Part shown: positions 46,282 through 56,722 of the stretch, one piece after another
Numbering within the stretch: position 1 is the stretch's first letter
Layout of the letters: every line of letters starts with the position of its first letter
Assembly (NCBI GenBank): GCA_037127955.1
Contig: JBAXXI010000001.1
Location: forward strand, 73,217-137,216
DNA length: 64,000 bases
From: Candidatus Berkelbacteria bacterium
GTDB taxonomy: Bacteria; Patescibacteriota; UBA1384; UBA12157
Reading direction: 5' to 3'
Position numbers and translations under genes: made by a program
The notes under the pieces: generated by a model
The model's input: the letters and a program-made list of their open reading frames with translations, nothing else
Database searches by the model: none
Told to the model about the DNA's origin: nothing

Positions 46282-46354
46282 GTTGTTCCCCTGTTTCTAT
46301 GAAAACAAATTGATGTAATTTCGTAATTTCCGCGCAAATCCGAAGATTTGCCAT
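46274..46354 (-). CDS. leader mini-ORF U3 (26 aa, MANLRICAEITKLHQFVFIETGEQHG) containing the motif B variant. Its stop overlaps the U2 ATG
   Basis: ATGGCAAATCTTCGGATTTGCGCGGAAATTAC parallels the internal ATGGCCAAACTTCCGTTTGTCGCGGAAATTAC of U2. Confidence 0.3.
   Translation of the reverse strand: MANLRICAEITKLHQFVFIETGEQHG
46325..46354 (-). promoter_or_regulatory. palindromic motif B copy 3 (variant)
   Basis: Minus strand GGCAAATCTTCGGATTTGCGCGGAAATT. Confidence 0.5.
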
Positions 46355-46380
46355 TATTACAAAATTCATTGAGTTATTCA

Positions 46381-47775
46381 TTAGCGATGTTTCTCCATTT
46401 CTTTCAAAGCATCTTCTCTTGTATTAATTTTTCCATCCAGATAAGCTTGCTCTAAATAACTTTTAATTTGACCAACTTCTGGCCCTGCTTCAATCTTAAG
46501 TATTTTCATAATATCTTCGCCAGTGACCAAATCGAATTTTTTTACTTGATTTTTTTCTTCTTCACTGGTCTCGGCCTCAAATTTGGCGCGCAGCGCCAAT
46601 GCGTCTTGGTACATTTTCATATCTGGCTCATGATTCGGTCGAAGACTAGCCGACAAATCCGCTTTGGTCAAATCTAGAAGCAACTCAATATTTGGATCTA
46701 CAAAAAGCTTTTTTTGTTTGCGCTCACTCATACCAGTAAAAGCATGAACAATCCGCATGTGTTGACGGATCGCCCAACAAACTCTACTGATAAAATGACG
46801 CGAAAATTTAAAACGTTCCAGGATTTCTTCAGCTTGTTTAGCTGACTGAATATCATGATCAAAAAAAGTAATACTAGTTTTATTTTTTTCGGCCCTAAAA
46901 CCAATCGTTTCTGGTTTGGCAATATCATGAAGTAAAACTGTCCATACTAACTCCTCTGAGAGAGTTTCACCAATATTAATTAAAGCCAAAAGCACATGCG
47001 TCCAGACATCACCTTCAGCGTGAAATTCTTTTGGTTGTGGTACATTTTTCATTTTTGCCAGTTCTGGCGAAATTTCATCTAGCAAACCCAACTCATCAAG
47101 CATCTCAATAGCCAAATGTCTATTTTTTAATAATAACATTTTGCTAAATTCTTCACGAATTCTTTCAATAGAAATTTGCCCAATATTACTCGCTAATCGT
47201 TTGATCGCGATTTTAGATTCTTTTTCAAACATAAAACCGAAACGAATCGCAAATCTAACCGCTCTAAGCATACGCAAATAATCTTCGTTAATGCGATCAT
47301 CGGCATTTCCGATAAATCGAATATATTTTCTTTTAATATCTGTCAGTCCGTCAATATAGTCAATAATCTCAGATTTAATTGGATTGTAAAACATACCATT
47401 GATTGTAAAATCACGGCGTTGAGCATCTTTTAAGCTCGATGAAAACTTTACAGACTCAGGATGACGATGGTCACCCACTCCAACATCTTCACGAAAAGTC
47501 GCTACTTCAAATTCATGATTATCGATCTTAACCGCCACCACTCCAAATGATTTGCCGCGATCCTCAGCCATAGGAAAAATCTTTTTGATTTCTTCTGGAT
47601 GAGCAGCAGTGGCAATATCAATATCATGGGTCTCAACTCCTAAAATCATATCTCGAACAGCACCACCAGCAATATATGTTTCAAACCCCGCTTCTTGCAA
47701 GGTTTTCACCACATCAAAAGCCGCCGATTCTTCATCGGTCAAAGGACGTTCAATTTTAAAATTTATCTTTTCCAC
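46381..47775 (-). CDS. cca: CCA-adding tRNA nucleotidyltransferase / poly(A) polymerase family protein with HD domain
   Basis: Pol-beta-like head GGAVRDMILGVETHDIDIAT and a C-terminal HD domain pattern (HD...H). Confidence 0.8.
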   Translation of the reverse strand: MEKINFKIERPLTDEESAAFDVVKTLQEAGFETYIAGGAVRDMILGVETHDIDIATAAHPEEIKKIFPMAEDRGKSFGVVAVKIDNHEFEVATFREDVGVGDHRHPESVKFSSSLKDAQRRDFTINGMFYNPIKSEIIDYIDGLTDIKRKYIRFIGNADDRINEDYLRMLRAVRFAIRFGFMFEKESKIAIKRLASNIGQISIERIREEFSKMLLLKNRHLAIEMLDELGLLDEISPELAKMKNVPQPKEFHAEGDVWTHVLLALINIGETLSEELVWTVLLHDIAKPETIGFRAEKNKTSITFFDHDIQSAKQAEEILERFKFSRHFISRVCWAIRQHMRIVHAFTGMSERKQKKLFVDPNIELLLDLTKADLSASLRPNHEPDMKMYQDALALRAKFEAETSEEEKNQVKKFDLVTGEDIMKILKIEAGPEVGQIKSYLEQAYLDGKINTREDALKEMEKHR

Positions 47776-47813
47776 AGATACATTATACCAGATTTTATGG
47801 TTTAGGTCGAGAG

Positions 47814-48212
47814 CTACAAAAGATTTTTATACAAATCATCTAAAAATGCGATTTTTTTTAAATTTTTCATTTCGCTAATTGTGACCCAAAGAAATTCATC
47901 GTGAGATTCAACTTCTAATTCGATCTCTCCGGATAAATATTTACATTCATAAGTCAGTTGAAATTGATGACGATCTTCACCAGATTGGTAGCCATAAGCA
48001 CTCAAGATTTTTCCGATTTCAACTTCTAAACCAGTCTCCTCTTTGATTTCTCGAGCTAAAGCCATTTTTATATCTTCGCCAAATTCAATTGTCCCGCCAG
48101 GAATATCCCAAAAACCAGCCATATAACCATCGGTTTTAGCCCGGTGAAGCACTAAAAATTTACCATCTTTTTCAATTAACCCATGCGCCGCCACAACAGT
48201 ATATTTATTCAT
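47814..48212 (-). CDS. NUDIX hydrolase
   Basis: Nudix box GGTIEFGEDIKMALAREIKEETGL. Confidence 0.75.
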   Translation of the reverse strand: MNKYTVVAAHGLIEKDGKFLVLHRAKTDGYMAGFWDIPGGTIEFGEDIKMALAREIKEETGLEVEIGKILSAYGYQSGEDRHQFQLTYECKYLSGEIELEVESHDEFLWVTISEMKNLKKIAFLDDLYKNLL

Positions 48213-49140
48213 TTGAAAGATAATCCTTAATTTTGGCCATTATTTCTTTTCTCATAATAATATAGTCTGTCTTAGCTAGCTTATCGACGAAATTTAAATT
48301 TAAAATTTTACTTAGTATTTTTTCTGTATCACTGTCTGCGGCTAAAATATAATTTTTAGCCTCAAGTGTATCAATAATATTTAAAAAACAATAATCTAAT
48401 TTTTGACCCTTAATCACGTCTTGAATAATGCTTTTTATTTCATCTAGTCGGTTAGCGATCAAATCATCCGTGCCAACTATTTCCATCTGAAAAACCGTCA
48501 TATTTCTTCCTAAAATACTATGTTCTGCGAAATCATTGTGAATATAACGACTTAAATTTTCACCATCAATATTTGTTCTAGCTCTAAACATTTTTTCTGC
48601 AAAATCACTATCAATTTCAATTTTATCAATTAAATATTTTGCTGCATCCAAATCTCTTTGAACCGTAACTTTATTTTTAAAATTTATCGTATTCGAAACA
48701 ATAGCACCGTAAAGCAAGTAGGCTGACTCGCGACTTGGTTCAACGCCGGCTTCCTGAAACTTTTCGGTAATCAATGTTGCGCAAGAACCGACTAATTCAA
48801 TTTGAATTTTTGCCCATGGATAATCAGATGAATCGTTAACAGTTCTATGATCAATTATTTCAATTAAATTTTTCGGGTCGACTGACAAATTTAAAAATCT
48901 CAAATTACTCGTATCGACTAAAATTAGTTTTTCAATTTTAATATTTTCATCAACTTCATAAATCGGTTTTTGCTTGATCATATCTAAAATGAACATTGTT
49001 TCATCGTCGACTCGCCCAGTTAAAATATGCTCCGATATTTTACCAATTTTATTCAAAAGTTCAGCATAACCAAACGCACAAGCGTAACCATCTAGATCAG
49101 GATTTTTATTACTTGCCACATAAATTTTATTTTCCATCAA
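48205..49140 (-). CDS. DHH-family phosphoesterase, family-II inorganic pyrophosphatase-like (PpaC-like)
   Basis: N-terminal SNKNPDLDGYACAFGYAEL resembles the PpaC motif I. Length about 310 aa. The DHH motif appears as DHR. Confidence 0.5.
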   Translation of the reverse strand: MMENKIYVASNKNPDLDGYACAFGYAELLNKIGKISEHILTGRVDDETMFILDMIKQKPIYEVDENIKIEKLILVDTSNLRFLNLSVDPKNLIEIIDHRTVNDSSDYPWAKIQIELVGSCATLITEKFQEAGVEPSRESAYLLYGAIVSNTINFKNKVTVQRDLDAAKYLIDKIEIDSDFAEKMFRARTNIDGENLSRYIHNDFAEHSILGRNMTVFQMEIVGTDDLIANRLDEIKSIIQDVIKGQKLDYCFLNIIDTLEAKNYILAADSDTEKILSKILNLNFVDKLAKTDYIIMRKEIMAKIKDYLSNE

Positions 49141-49660
49141 TTATTTCCTCCAAAACTTTCATATCCATCATATTTAGATGTGTGCCGCCAGGCACGACCT
49201 TAATCGCCGCATTTAATTTTTCTGAAATTGTCTGACCATGAGCTAAAGGTACCAATGGGTCATCTGATTCATAAATCAAATTAACCTTTAATACATTACT
49301 CTTAATTTTAGACCAATTAAAATCTCTGAAAAAGAAATTTTCAATTTGGCCAAAACTCATCGCTTCGATTGGCGTAGCTACTAAAATAATTTGTCCTACC
49401 GGAACTTCAGTTTCTTCCAAAAAACGCAAAATTGTCACCCCGCCCAAAGAATGACCAATTAAAATATCGTTTTGAGTTGGAGCAAAATCTTTCACAACTT
49501 TTACCCAATCTTCATATTTAGGAAAATAATCACCAGGCAAACTTGGCACAATTACTTCAAAACCTTTTGGCTCAAATATATCTTTAACGCGCAAAAACCA
49601 ACTTTCTTCAGGAGTCGCGTTCCAGCCATGTAAAACTAAAATTCTTTTTTTAGTGTTCAT
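49127..49660 (-). CDS. alpha/beta hydrolase, RBBP9/YdeN-like serine hydrolase
   Basis: ILVLHGW...GHSLGG nucleophile elbow. About 177 aa. Confidence 0.7.
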   Translation of the reverse strand: MNTKKRILVLHGWNATPEESWFLRVKDIFEPKGFEVIVPSLPGDYFPKYEDWVKVVKDFAPTQNDILIGHSLGGVTILRFLEETEVPVGQIILVATPIEAMSFGQIENFFFRDFNWSKIKSNVLKVNLIYESDDPLVPLAHGQTISEKLNAAIKVVPGGTHLNMMDMKVLEEIIDGK

Positions 49661-50313
49661 TTAATCCTTCCAGAAACAATAAGCTGATGATTCTCTAATT
49701 TAATTTCTTCAACTGACATTTTTTGATTAATTATATCTAGTCTAGCGTTGATTGAACTATCAAAACCTTTATCAATTTGATCTAAAACTATTTTTGAAAT
49801 TTTTAACTGTCCGGCATTTATACTTTTTGTTTTTAAAACAATCTTTCCATTATCAACTATCGGCTCCACTCCTACAACAATTTTTGAGCTTAGCGGCTTA
49901 ACCAAGGTCGCATAAACAATAATTTCGTCTGGAGAAATACCAATTTGAACTTCACGCAAAACGAAACTTTGAAAGTTTAGACCACCACTTACTAATGTCG
50001 ACAAGTCATCTTCTGTCAAAATCGTTTCTACGCGACCATCAGTTAATATTTTTGGGCTTGCCAAGCTACTTTCTAAATTTTTTGACGAATAATTCACAGA
50101 CCTTTTTATAGAAAAATCTTTTTTCGAGGTTATCATTTTGTATAAATAAAAAACCGAAAAAATTAAAACTATAAAAATTACTATAAAAAATCCTGCCATT
50201 GTTTGACAAGTACAACAACTTGAATGCGATTTTTTCTCATCTAAATCATTATAAAAATGTTCGACTTCTGCTCTGTCTGAGGTTTCAAATTTTTTATCGT
50301 TATTCACTTGCAC
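49657..50313 (-). CDS. hypothetical membrane-anchored protein
   Basis: One TM helix after a Cys-rich CCTCQT segment. Confidence 0.4.
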   Translation of the reverse strand: MQVNNDKKFETSDRAEVEHFYNDLDEKKSHSSCCTCQTMAGFFIVIFIVLIFSVFYLYKMITSKKDFSIKRSVNYSSKNLESSLASPKILTDGRVETILTEDDLSTLVSGGLNFQSFVLREVQIGISPDEIIVYATLVKPLSSKIVVGVEPIVDNGKIVLKTKSINAGQLKISKIVLDQIDKGFDSSINARLDIINQKMSVEEIKLENHQLIVSGRIK

Positions 50314-51889
50314 CTCGGCGAGTAAATTTCTGCCAGATAATTGTTACTGCTTCAATTTCTTTAAATTTGAATATTTTTGTAAACATTAAATAAACTATCA
50401 ACCCAACTCCAGCCGACAATATTAACTGAACAGCTATACCCCAAAAACGATGCATATCGACTAATCCACCAGTTAATGTTTTAACCAGTTGAATGACCAA
50501 CCCCATCACCACTGAAGCGACCACAACTTTGAGCACAAAAATAAACAAACCTTTTTCTTCAGGCCAAGCCGAGTGCTTTTTGAGCATAATATAAAGAAAA
50601 ATTGTTCCAATCATTGAACCAATTGTATAACCTAAAGCTAAACCTTCAACACCCAATTTTAACGATAAAATCTTACCCAAAATAATACTGGCCACTACCC
50701 CCACCATTGTCCCAATCATTGGAACTTTTGTATTATGCAAAGCATAAAATGCTCGTGAAAATAATGGTTGAAGTCCAGTAAAAGCTAATGACAAAGCTAA
50801 ATACGCCGTTGTGTTGGCCGTCGCCATTGTTTGATCCCAACCAAAATGGCCAGAACCAAAAATTAATCTAATAATCTGAATTCGAAGTAAAACGATCATT
50901 ACAATAATCGGAATCATAAAGAATAATATAATTCGGGTATATTTGATGATTTGCGCAATAAATTCATCGTAACGGTCACGCGAAACCGCCTCTGATAAAG
51001 TCGGGAAAATGGCCGTAGCAAAACTTGTACCAAAAACCACCATTGGCATAGTCTGAATATTATCAGCTAAATTATAAACTGCGATTGAGTATCCTCCTAA
51101 ACTCGAGGCGATACCAGTAAAAATCAGTAACATAATTTGATTAGCGCCTAGAGCAATTGATCGAGGAATCATAAGTAAACCAATTCGTTTAACACCCCAA
51201 TGATCCCAAGCAATTTTAGCATTAAACCTAAAACCAAGCTTAATTGCTACCGGCAATTGTATTAAAAAATGTAAAAAAGCACCGACGACTACCGAAACAG
51301 CCACACCGTAAACACTAAAATGATCGGCAAAAAATAAGGTACCTAAAATAATCGTAATATTGTAAACCAATGGCGCCAAAGAATAAACCATAAATCGCTT
51401 GAATGAATTTAAAATTCCACCAAAAATATAGGAAAGACCAAAAAATATTGGTGAAAGCAACATAATTCGCGCTAAATTTGTGACAATTTCCTGACGAGAA
51501 CTATCAAAGCCTGGCACCACTAAAGGTGTAATTATCGGCATAATCAAGACGAGAACAATCGAAAAACAAACCAAAAAAACAAAAGCAATATTCACAACCG
51601 AGCTAGCCACCAACCAAGCTTCGTCTTCCTTTTCCTTAGCCACTAAATTAGTAAAAATCGGAATAAAAGCAGATGTAATGGCACCTAAAATTAAAATATT
51701 AAAAATTAAATCCGGAATACGAAAAGCCGCGTAATAAGCGGAAAGAAGTTCAGTAGGAATTTTTTGAGTTAAAAAATGATCCCGAATCAAACCTAAGACA
51801 TTGCTAAGCGTCAAAGTAATCATCAAAATAACGCTAGCCGCGGTCAGCGAGTTCTTCCTGTGCAAAATTGCTGCAACTTTTTTAACCAT
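50300..51889 (-). CDS. murJ: lipid II flippase MurJ (MviN)
   Basis: 14-TM MOP-family pattern. N-terminal ...LSNVLGLIRD...AFRIPDLIFNIL. Confidence 0.8.
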   Translation of the reverse strand: MVKKVAAILHRKNSLTAASVILMITLTLSNVLGLIRDHFLTQKIPTELLSAYYAAFRIPDLIFNILILGAITSAFIPIFTNLVAKEKEDEAWLVASSVVNIAFVFLVCFSIVLVLIMPIITPLVVPGFDSSRQEIVTNLARIMLLSPIFFGLSYIFGGILNSFKRFMVYSLAPLVYNITIILGTLFFADHFSVYGVAVSVVVGAFLHFLIQLPVAIKLGFRFNAKIAWDHWGVKRIGLLMIPRSIALGANQIMLLIFTGIASSLGGYSIAVYNLADNIQTMPMVVFGTSFATAIFPTLSEAVSRDRYDEFIAQIIKYTRIILFFMIPIIVMIVLLRIQIIRLIFGSGHFGWDQTMATANTTAYLALSLAFTGLQPLFSRAFYALHNTKVPMIGTMVGVVASIILGKILSLKLGVEGLALGYTIGSMIGTIFLYIMLKKHSAWPEEKGLFIFVLKVVVASVVMGLVIQLVKTLTGGLVDMHRFWGIAVQLILSAGVGLIVYLMFTKIFKFKEIEAVTIIWQKFTRRGASE

Positions 51890-51961
51890 AGTCCAACCAC
51901 CTTTTAATTAACAATTTGAGGAATATGACCAAATATTAGATCGTCCCCTCTTTATAAAAAA

Positions 51962-53749
51962 CTATTTAAAGAATTTTTCAAATTCAACACTTTCGATAGT
52001 TTCTTTTTTAATCAAAACTTCAGTTATTTTTTTCAATAAAGATTTATTCTTAACCAAAACTTGCTCGGCTTTTTTTTGAGCATCTTTAATAATTCTCATG
52101 ACCTCTTCGTCAATCTGAAAAGCTTTAGCATCAGAAAAAGTTTTATGTCCACCAAGTTCACGACCCAAGAAAACTGCTTCTTCACGTTCGCCTAAAACAA
52201 CTGGACCGATTTTCTCTGACATCCCGTAAACCATAACCATATCACGCGCAATCTTGGTTGCTCGCTGCAAATCATTTGAAGCACCAGTAGTCACTTGACC
52301 AAAAATCAATTTTTCCGCAACCCAACCACCCAAAAGTTGGGCGATTTCGTCTTCAAATTTAGCTTGAGAATACAACCTTCTATCTTCCTCTGGCAAACTC
52401 CAAGTATAACCAAGAGCATTACCACGAGAAATCACCGAAATTTTATGAATCGGGTCGCAATCAACCAAAACTTTTCCGACAATAGCGTGACCAACTTCAT
52501 GATAACCAGAAATCTCTTTTTCGCTAACCGATAAGACTCTGGATTTTCGTTCAGGCCCAATAATAACTTTTTCGATTGCCGCACCAATTTGAGCTTGATG
52601 AATTTTTTTCAAATTTTCACGAGCTGCAAAAATAGCAGCTTCGTTCATCACGTTTTTCAAGTCAGCCCCAGAAAGTCCAGCAGTCTGACGAGCAATTTTT
52701 TCAAAATCAACCGAAGCGTCCATCGGCTTGTTGCGAGCATGAATTTTTAATATTTCAGTTCGTTCAGCGATATCAGGTAAATCAATGATCACTCTTCGGT
52801 CAAAACGCCCTGGTCTAAGTAAAGCTGGGTCCAAAACATCAGGTCTATTAGTGGCAGCCATCACGATCACACGAGTTTCATTTTCAAAACCATCCATTTC
52901 TACCAAAATTTGGTTTAAAGTTTGCTCACGTTCATCATGCGAACCACCCAAACCGGTACCACGTTGGCGACCAATTGCATCAAGTTCATCAATAAATAAA
53001 ATAGCTGGTGAATTTCGCTTGGCCTTGGCGAACAAATCGCGCACTCTGGCCGCACCCACGCCGACAAACATTTCCACAAATTCAGATGCAGAGATCGAAA
53101 AAAATGGTACTCCAGCTTCACCGGCCACGGCCCGCGCCAATAAAGTTTTACCGGTTCCCGGAGGACCAATCAGCAAAACGCCTTTTGGAATTTCCGCGCC
53201 TAAATTCTTAAACTTAGCCGGGCTTTTTAAAAATTCAACCACTTCATAAAGTTCCTGCTTAGATTCAGCCATCCCGGCTACGTCAGCAAAAGTGGTTTTC
53301 TTACCGCCAGGATTAAATAATTTAGCCTTAGATTGACCAAAACTCATGGCTTTATTATTGCCGCCCTGAGCCTGTCGAAGCATAAAGAATAAAAATCCAC
53401 CAATTAATAAAAATGGCAGTAAAATACTTAAAATCGTCGACCAATTCGAACTACTACTTGGGTTTTGCACCGTGATACTAACTTTATCCGGCGTAATCCC
53501 ATAATCATTTAACGAAGAACTAGACTCTTTGTAAGCCTGCAATTTTTGATTATCCTTAAGGGTTGCCGTCACCTGATTATCAGAAATAGAAATCTGGGCT
53601 ACATTGCCAGATTTGACTTGATCAACAATTTGAGAGATCGTAGTTGATTTTGGTTTACTGATTGGATTTGAAGAAAAAAGGCTCCAGCCGACGAGAGCAA
53701 TGATTATAAATACAATTATATAGAAAGCATTTTTTGATGTTTTATTCAT
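51962..53749 (-). CDS. ftsH: ATP-dependent zinc metalloprotease FtsH
   Basis: Walker [12 protein letters not shown] motif and HEVGHA zinc site. N-terminal TM pair. Confidence 0.95.
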   Translation of the reverse strand: MNKTSKNAFYIIVFIIIALVGWSLFSSNPISKPKSTTISQIVDQVKSGNVAQISISDNQVTATLKDNQKLQAYKESSSSLNDYGITPDKVSITVQNPSSSSNWSTILSILLPFLLIGGFLFFMLRQAQGGNNKAMSFGQSKAKLFNPGGKKTTFADVAGMAESKQELYEVVEFLKSPAKFKNLGAEIPKGVLLIGPPGTGKTLLARAVAGEAGVPFFSISASEFVEMFVGVGAARVRDLFAKAKRNSPAILFIDELDAIGRQRGTGLGGSHDEREQTLNQILVEMDGFENETRVIVMAATNRPDVLDPALLRPGRFDRRVIIDLPDIAERTEILKIHARNKPMDASVDFEKIARQTAGLSGADLKNVMNEAAIFAARENLKKIHQAQIGAAIEKVIIGPERKSRVLSVSEKEISGYHEVGHAIVGKVLVDCDPIHKISVISRGNALGYTWSLPEEDRRLYSQAKFEDEIAQLLGGWVAEKLIFGQVTTGASNDLQRATKIARDMVMVYGMSEKIGPVVLGEREEAVFLGRELGGHKTFSDAKAFQIDEEVMRIIKDAQKKAEQVLVKNKSLLKKITEVLIKKETIESVEFEKFFK

Positions 53750-53873
53750 AATTACAATCGAGAATATTTTGTTTAATTATTATTGCAGCTTGGTTGGTGG
53801 CTCTGGTTGGACGCTTGCCTAAAGGCGGACCAACGACGGCCTTTTTTCGGGCTCAGCCCGAAATTTAATAATT

Positions 53874-53948
53874 TGGTGGCTGAGGCGGGATTCGGACCTG
53901 CGACCTCGGCCTTATGAAGACCTCGCTCTACCACTGAGCTACTCAGCC
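53874..53948 (-). tRNA. tRNA-Met (CAU, elongator-type; could alternatively be Ile2/lysidine type), CCA encoded. One A-C mismatch in the T-stem
   Basis: Minus strand GGCTGAGTAGCTCAGTGGTAGAGCGAGGTCTTCATAAGGCCGAGGTCGCAGGTCCGAATCCCGCCTCAGCCACCA. Confidence 0.7.
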
Positions 53949-53957
53949 AAATTATTA

Positions 53958-54022
53958 ATGCTGAAGACCTCGCTCTATGATATTTCATCAAAATGTCTGT
54001 AATACCACTGAGCTACAGAGCC
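53958..54022 (-). pseudogene. truncated tRNA-Met-like 5' fragment with a roughly 26-nt D-loop insertion, immediately 5' of the intact tRNA-Met
   Basis: Minus strand GGCTCTGTAGCTCAGTGGTA-[TTACAGACATTTTGATGAAATATCAT]-AGAGCGAGGTCTTCAGCA. It stops in the anticodon loop. Same architecture as the Phe fragment at 5567-5669. Confidence 0.6.
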
Positions 54023-54058
54023 TCGTACTCAAAAAATACCAGAGTAAATAATTTAATT

Positions 54059-54133
54059 TGGTAGCGGGGAGTGGACTTGCACCACTGATCTCCGGGTTAT
54101 GAGCCCGACGGGATACTACTTCCCTACCCCGCG
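54059..54133 (-). tRNA. initiator tRNA-fMet (CAU), CCA encoded
   Basis: Minus strand starts CGCGGGG and ends CCCCGCTACCA (unpaired 1:72). Anticodon arm TCGGGCTCATAACCCGA with three G-C pairs. Confidence 0.85.
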
Positions 54134-54202
54134 ATAATTCGCGACGCGTCTCAATTAGACGCTTATTAGTACTTTAACAGATATTGGACCTAAAAACAAG
54201 TC

Positions 54203-54916
54203 TTATTTGGCAAGTTTACTTAATTTTAGCGGTTTAATCGTAAAATAAACCAACATTAATAAACAACCAATTAACCAGAATATAAGGTACATCAAAATTT
54301 TTTGATCAACTATTGGTTGAAATTCTTTAATCACTGAACTATTTTCAATTTTCGCATTGATTTGGCTATTAACACCTAAAACTGCCGGCTTAGCCAAATC
54401 TTCTTTGGCGCCAAACATTTCAACCACAATAGTAGTTTTCACATTATCGATTTTACCATCAACAACGGCTAAACCAATTTCATTAAAATTTGGGCTTAAA
54501 ATATTCTCTTTATGAGTGGCCGAATTCATCCAGGCCTCTTGTAATTCAGAATCATCCGAATAGCCCATGGCTAAATTTTCACCAGCATAAGCATATTGAT
54601 AACCAGCTTGTTCGATAAAATTCCAAGGCTTTTTACCACTTGGCGAAATGTGGGCAAAATAATTTTCTTTAAACATATCTTGAGCTTTTGCCTGAGCCGC
54701 ATTAGTTAATTCTTGGTTGAAGTTCAAAACAGGCAAATTATTCTTAACTCTAGCCTGGTTAGTTAATTCAATCAATCGATCAGACGAAGCAGCTAAGACT
54801 GTGGTACTCAAACTGAGAACACAAAAAACACCAAACAACAGGCTTAAAAAGATTTTGGTTAAATTGTATTTAGCGTGAGTCATTTCCCCTCCCAGAGAAC
54901 TGTCTTTACTAGACAT
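54203..54916 (-). CDS. CAP/SCP (PR-1-like, YkwD-type) domain secreted protein with C-terminal TM anchor
   Basis: Signal peptide, CAP domain motifs (HFTQVVW-like YFAHISPSG and GENLAMGY), and a C-terminal hydrophobic helix. Confidence 0.65.
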   Translation of the reverse strand: MSSKDSSLGGEMTHAKYNLTKIFLSLLFGVFCVLSLSTTVLAASSDRLIELTNQARVKNNLPVLNFNQELTNAAQAKAQDMFKENYFAHISPSGKKPWNFIEQAGYQYAYAGENLAMGYSDDSELQEAWMNSATHKENILSPNFNEIGLAVVDGKIDNVKTTIVVEMFGAKEDLAKPAVLGVNSQINAKIENSSVIKEFQPIVDQKILMYLIFWLIGCLLMLVYFTIKPLKLSKLAK

Positions 54917-54990
54917 TAAACCATTATATCACAAAAACGGCCTTATGTCAAGCCATTATACCTTTTATTGAGACCTTTTCTCCTTAAAAT

Positions 54991-55443
54991 TTAATCAAAA
55001 ATATAGGACCACCAGGCTTGGGCGTTACTGATCTTTTTTTGATTTTTAGGTGTAATAATTTGCTCTTCAGATATTTTCGAAGTATCAATTTTTCTGACTG
55101 GTATTAAAACTACCTGCTCATCTGGCTTTTTGAGTGCCAATTTGTCGCGAGCTTCCAGTTCCTGAAAACTGTATGATTGATAATATATGATTAGATTTTC
55201 GAAATTTTTGTTCTTTTGTTCTAATTCAATATTAGATTTTTTCAAAGTATCGATTTGCTTTTTTAATAAAAAATTTTCGTAAATCGCCCGGCCAAGGATA
55301 AAAAATATGTACAATACCAAAAAATAAGCAATCATTTGCTTGCTTAGGCCAAAAAATTTGCTTTCCGGTTTACTAAAACTACTCTCATTCATGATAACTC
55401 TATTATACCAGAACTTAGACACAAAAAAATCACCCGCCATCAA
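54991..55443 (-). CDS. FtsB/DivIC-like septum formation initiator (single TM with coiled coil)
   Basis: TM helix, then a leucine-zipper-like coiled coil LLKKQIDTLKKSNIELEQKNKNFENL. Confidence 0.5.
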   Translation of the reverse strand: MMAGDFFVSKFWYNRVIMNESSFSKPESKFFGLSKQMIAYFLVLYIFFILGRAIYENFLLKKQIDTLKKSNIELEQKNKNFENLIIYYQSYSFQELEARDKLALKKPDEQVVLIPVRKIDTSKISEEQIITPKNQKKISNAQAWWSYIFD

Positions 55444-55471
55444 TCATGATTTTGGGTGATTATTTTTCAGA

Positions 55472-56410
55472 TTACCAACGACTACTACTGTTGGTTTTCT
55501 TTTCTTTTGGCTTAACTTGGGCTGCTTTTTTCTTCATCCACCATTCGTAAAAATAGTATGAAGCAATTGCTGCGCCAGCGGCCACAAACAAAATGTACAA
55601 AGCAGTCAATAAACGACTCCAGTTTCTGGCAGGTTTAACCGGGGCTTTATCCGATGTTTTAACCGGATTTTCCGAGACAACATTTTCTTTTTTAGAAGCA
55701 GTTTCAATTTTCTGCTTCTTTAAATCAGAAATGGTTGAAGCACCATCGATAATCGATGTTTTCGCCACAGCTTGATCTGTCTGTGATGATACCTTAATAA
55801 CCACGTTGGTTAATATCTTTTTTGACTTTAATCCAGCCTGATCAACTGCAATAATTTGATAGAAATAATGTTGACCAATTTTGACATCTCGATCAACAAA
55901 TTTATTCGTCACCGAACTACCGATTAAACGATAAGTTCCATTTGAATATCTATAAATATTATATTTAACTTGATCTTTTTCTGCTACCCAAGTAATTTCG
56001 GCTTGACCATCAACAGAAACTGATTTAACACTTTCAATTTTTGGCTTGGCATAATCAACTTTGATAGTTTTGGACTGAACCGGTTCTTTAATTCCGTTAA
56101 TACCAACTGAGTAAAAATACAGGGTGTTTTCACCACGCCAGGCCCGAAAAGGCTGATTATATGTCTGCCATTTGCCATCGGTTTTGTTCCATTGGAAATA
56201 AATCTGTTTTGATTTTGCCGAATGAAATTCAACCATGGTGGCCGAAGTGTACCAATTATCTTGACCTTGAGGTAGTCTTGGTGTAGTTTCCATTTTACTG
56301 ACAGATGCTTTTTTGCTTGCAGCTGAAACAGTTACTGGATTTACCATTAAGCCTAAAGGTAAAGAAATTGCGATCAAAAAACCCAATAATAGTTTTACCA
56401 TTTTTTGCAT
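55472..56410 (-). CDS. secreted protein with fibronectin-III-like domain and C-terminal TM anchor (hypothetical)
   Basis: Signal peptide and beta-rich repeats. C-terminal LTALYILFVAAGAAIASYYFY with a basic tail. Confidence 0.45.
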   Translation of the reverse strand: MQKMVKLLLGFLIAISLPLGLMVNPVTVSAASKKASVSKMETTPRLPQGQDNWYTSATMVEFHSAKSKQIYFQWNKTDGKWQTYNQPFRAWRGENTLYFYSVGINGIKEPVQSKTIKVDYAKPKIESVKSVSVDGQAEITWVAEKDQVKYNIYRYSNGTYRLIGSSVTNKFVDRDVKIGQHYFYQIIAVDQAGLKSKKILTNVVIKVSSQTDQAVAKTSIIDGASTISDLKKQKIETASKKENVVSENPVKTSDKAPVKPARNWSRLLTALYILFVAAGAAIASYYFYEWWMKKKAAQVKPKEKKTNSSSRW

Positions 56411-56722
56411 AATTTCTCCTTAATTGTTAATTTACTTTCTCGTTTTTTGCGAACCAAAAAAGGGTTCCCACCCTCCTAAATATTAAATCCCTAACCCCCG
56501 AAATGGGCCTAAGGCGCTAATCCGAAATACGGTAATATGACTTTAAAATAACAGAATCTAGCAGAGAGCGCAAATCGTGTCAAGAGATTAAAACAAGAAT
56601 ATTTATCGATATTAGTGTTCACAAGGTTGATTTTCGACTACTATATTGTTAAAATATATCTAAAGAGGGCAAATTGATTCCACTGGTCAATAATTTTACT
56701 GTCAATCTGAACACAAAACTAC

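Noticed and set aside
53847-53865. Hairpin TTCGGGCtcaGCCCGAA between ftsH start and tRNA-Met as a terminator
   Set aside because: The T-run precedes rather than follows the stem on the transcribed (minus) strand. Its function is unclear and it is not called.
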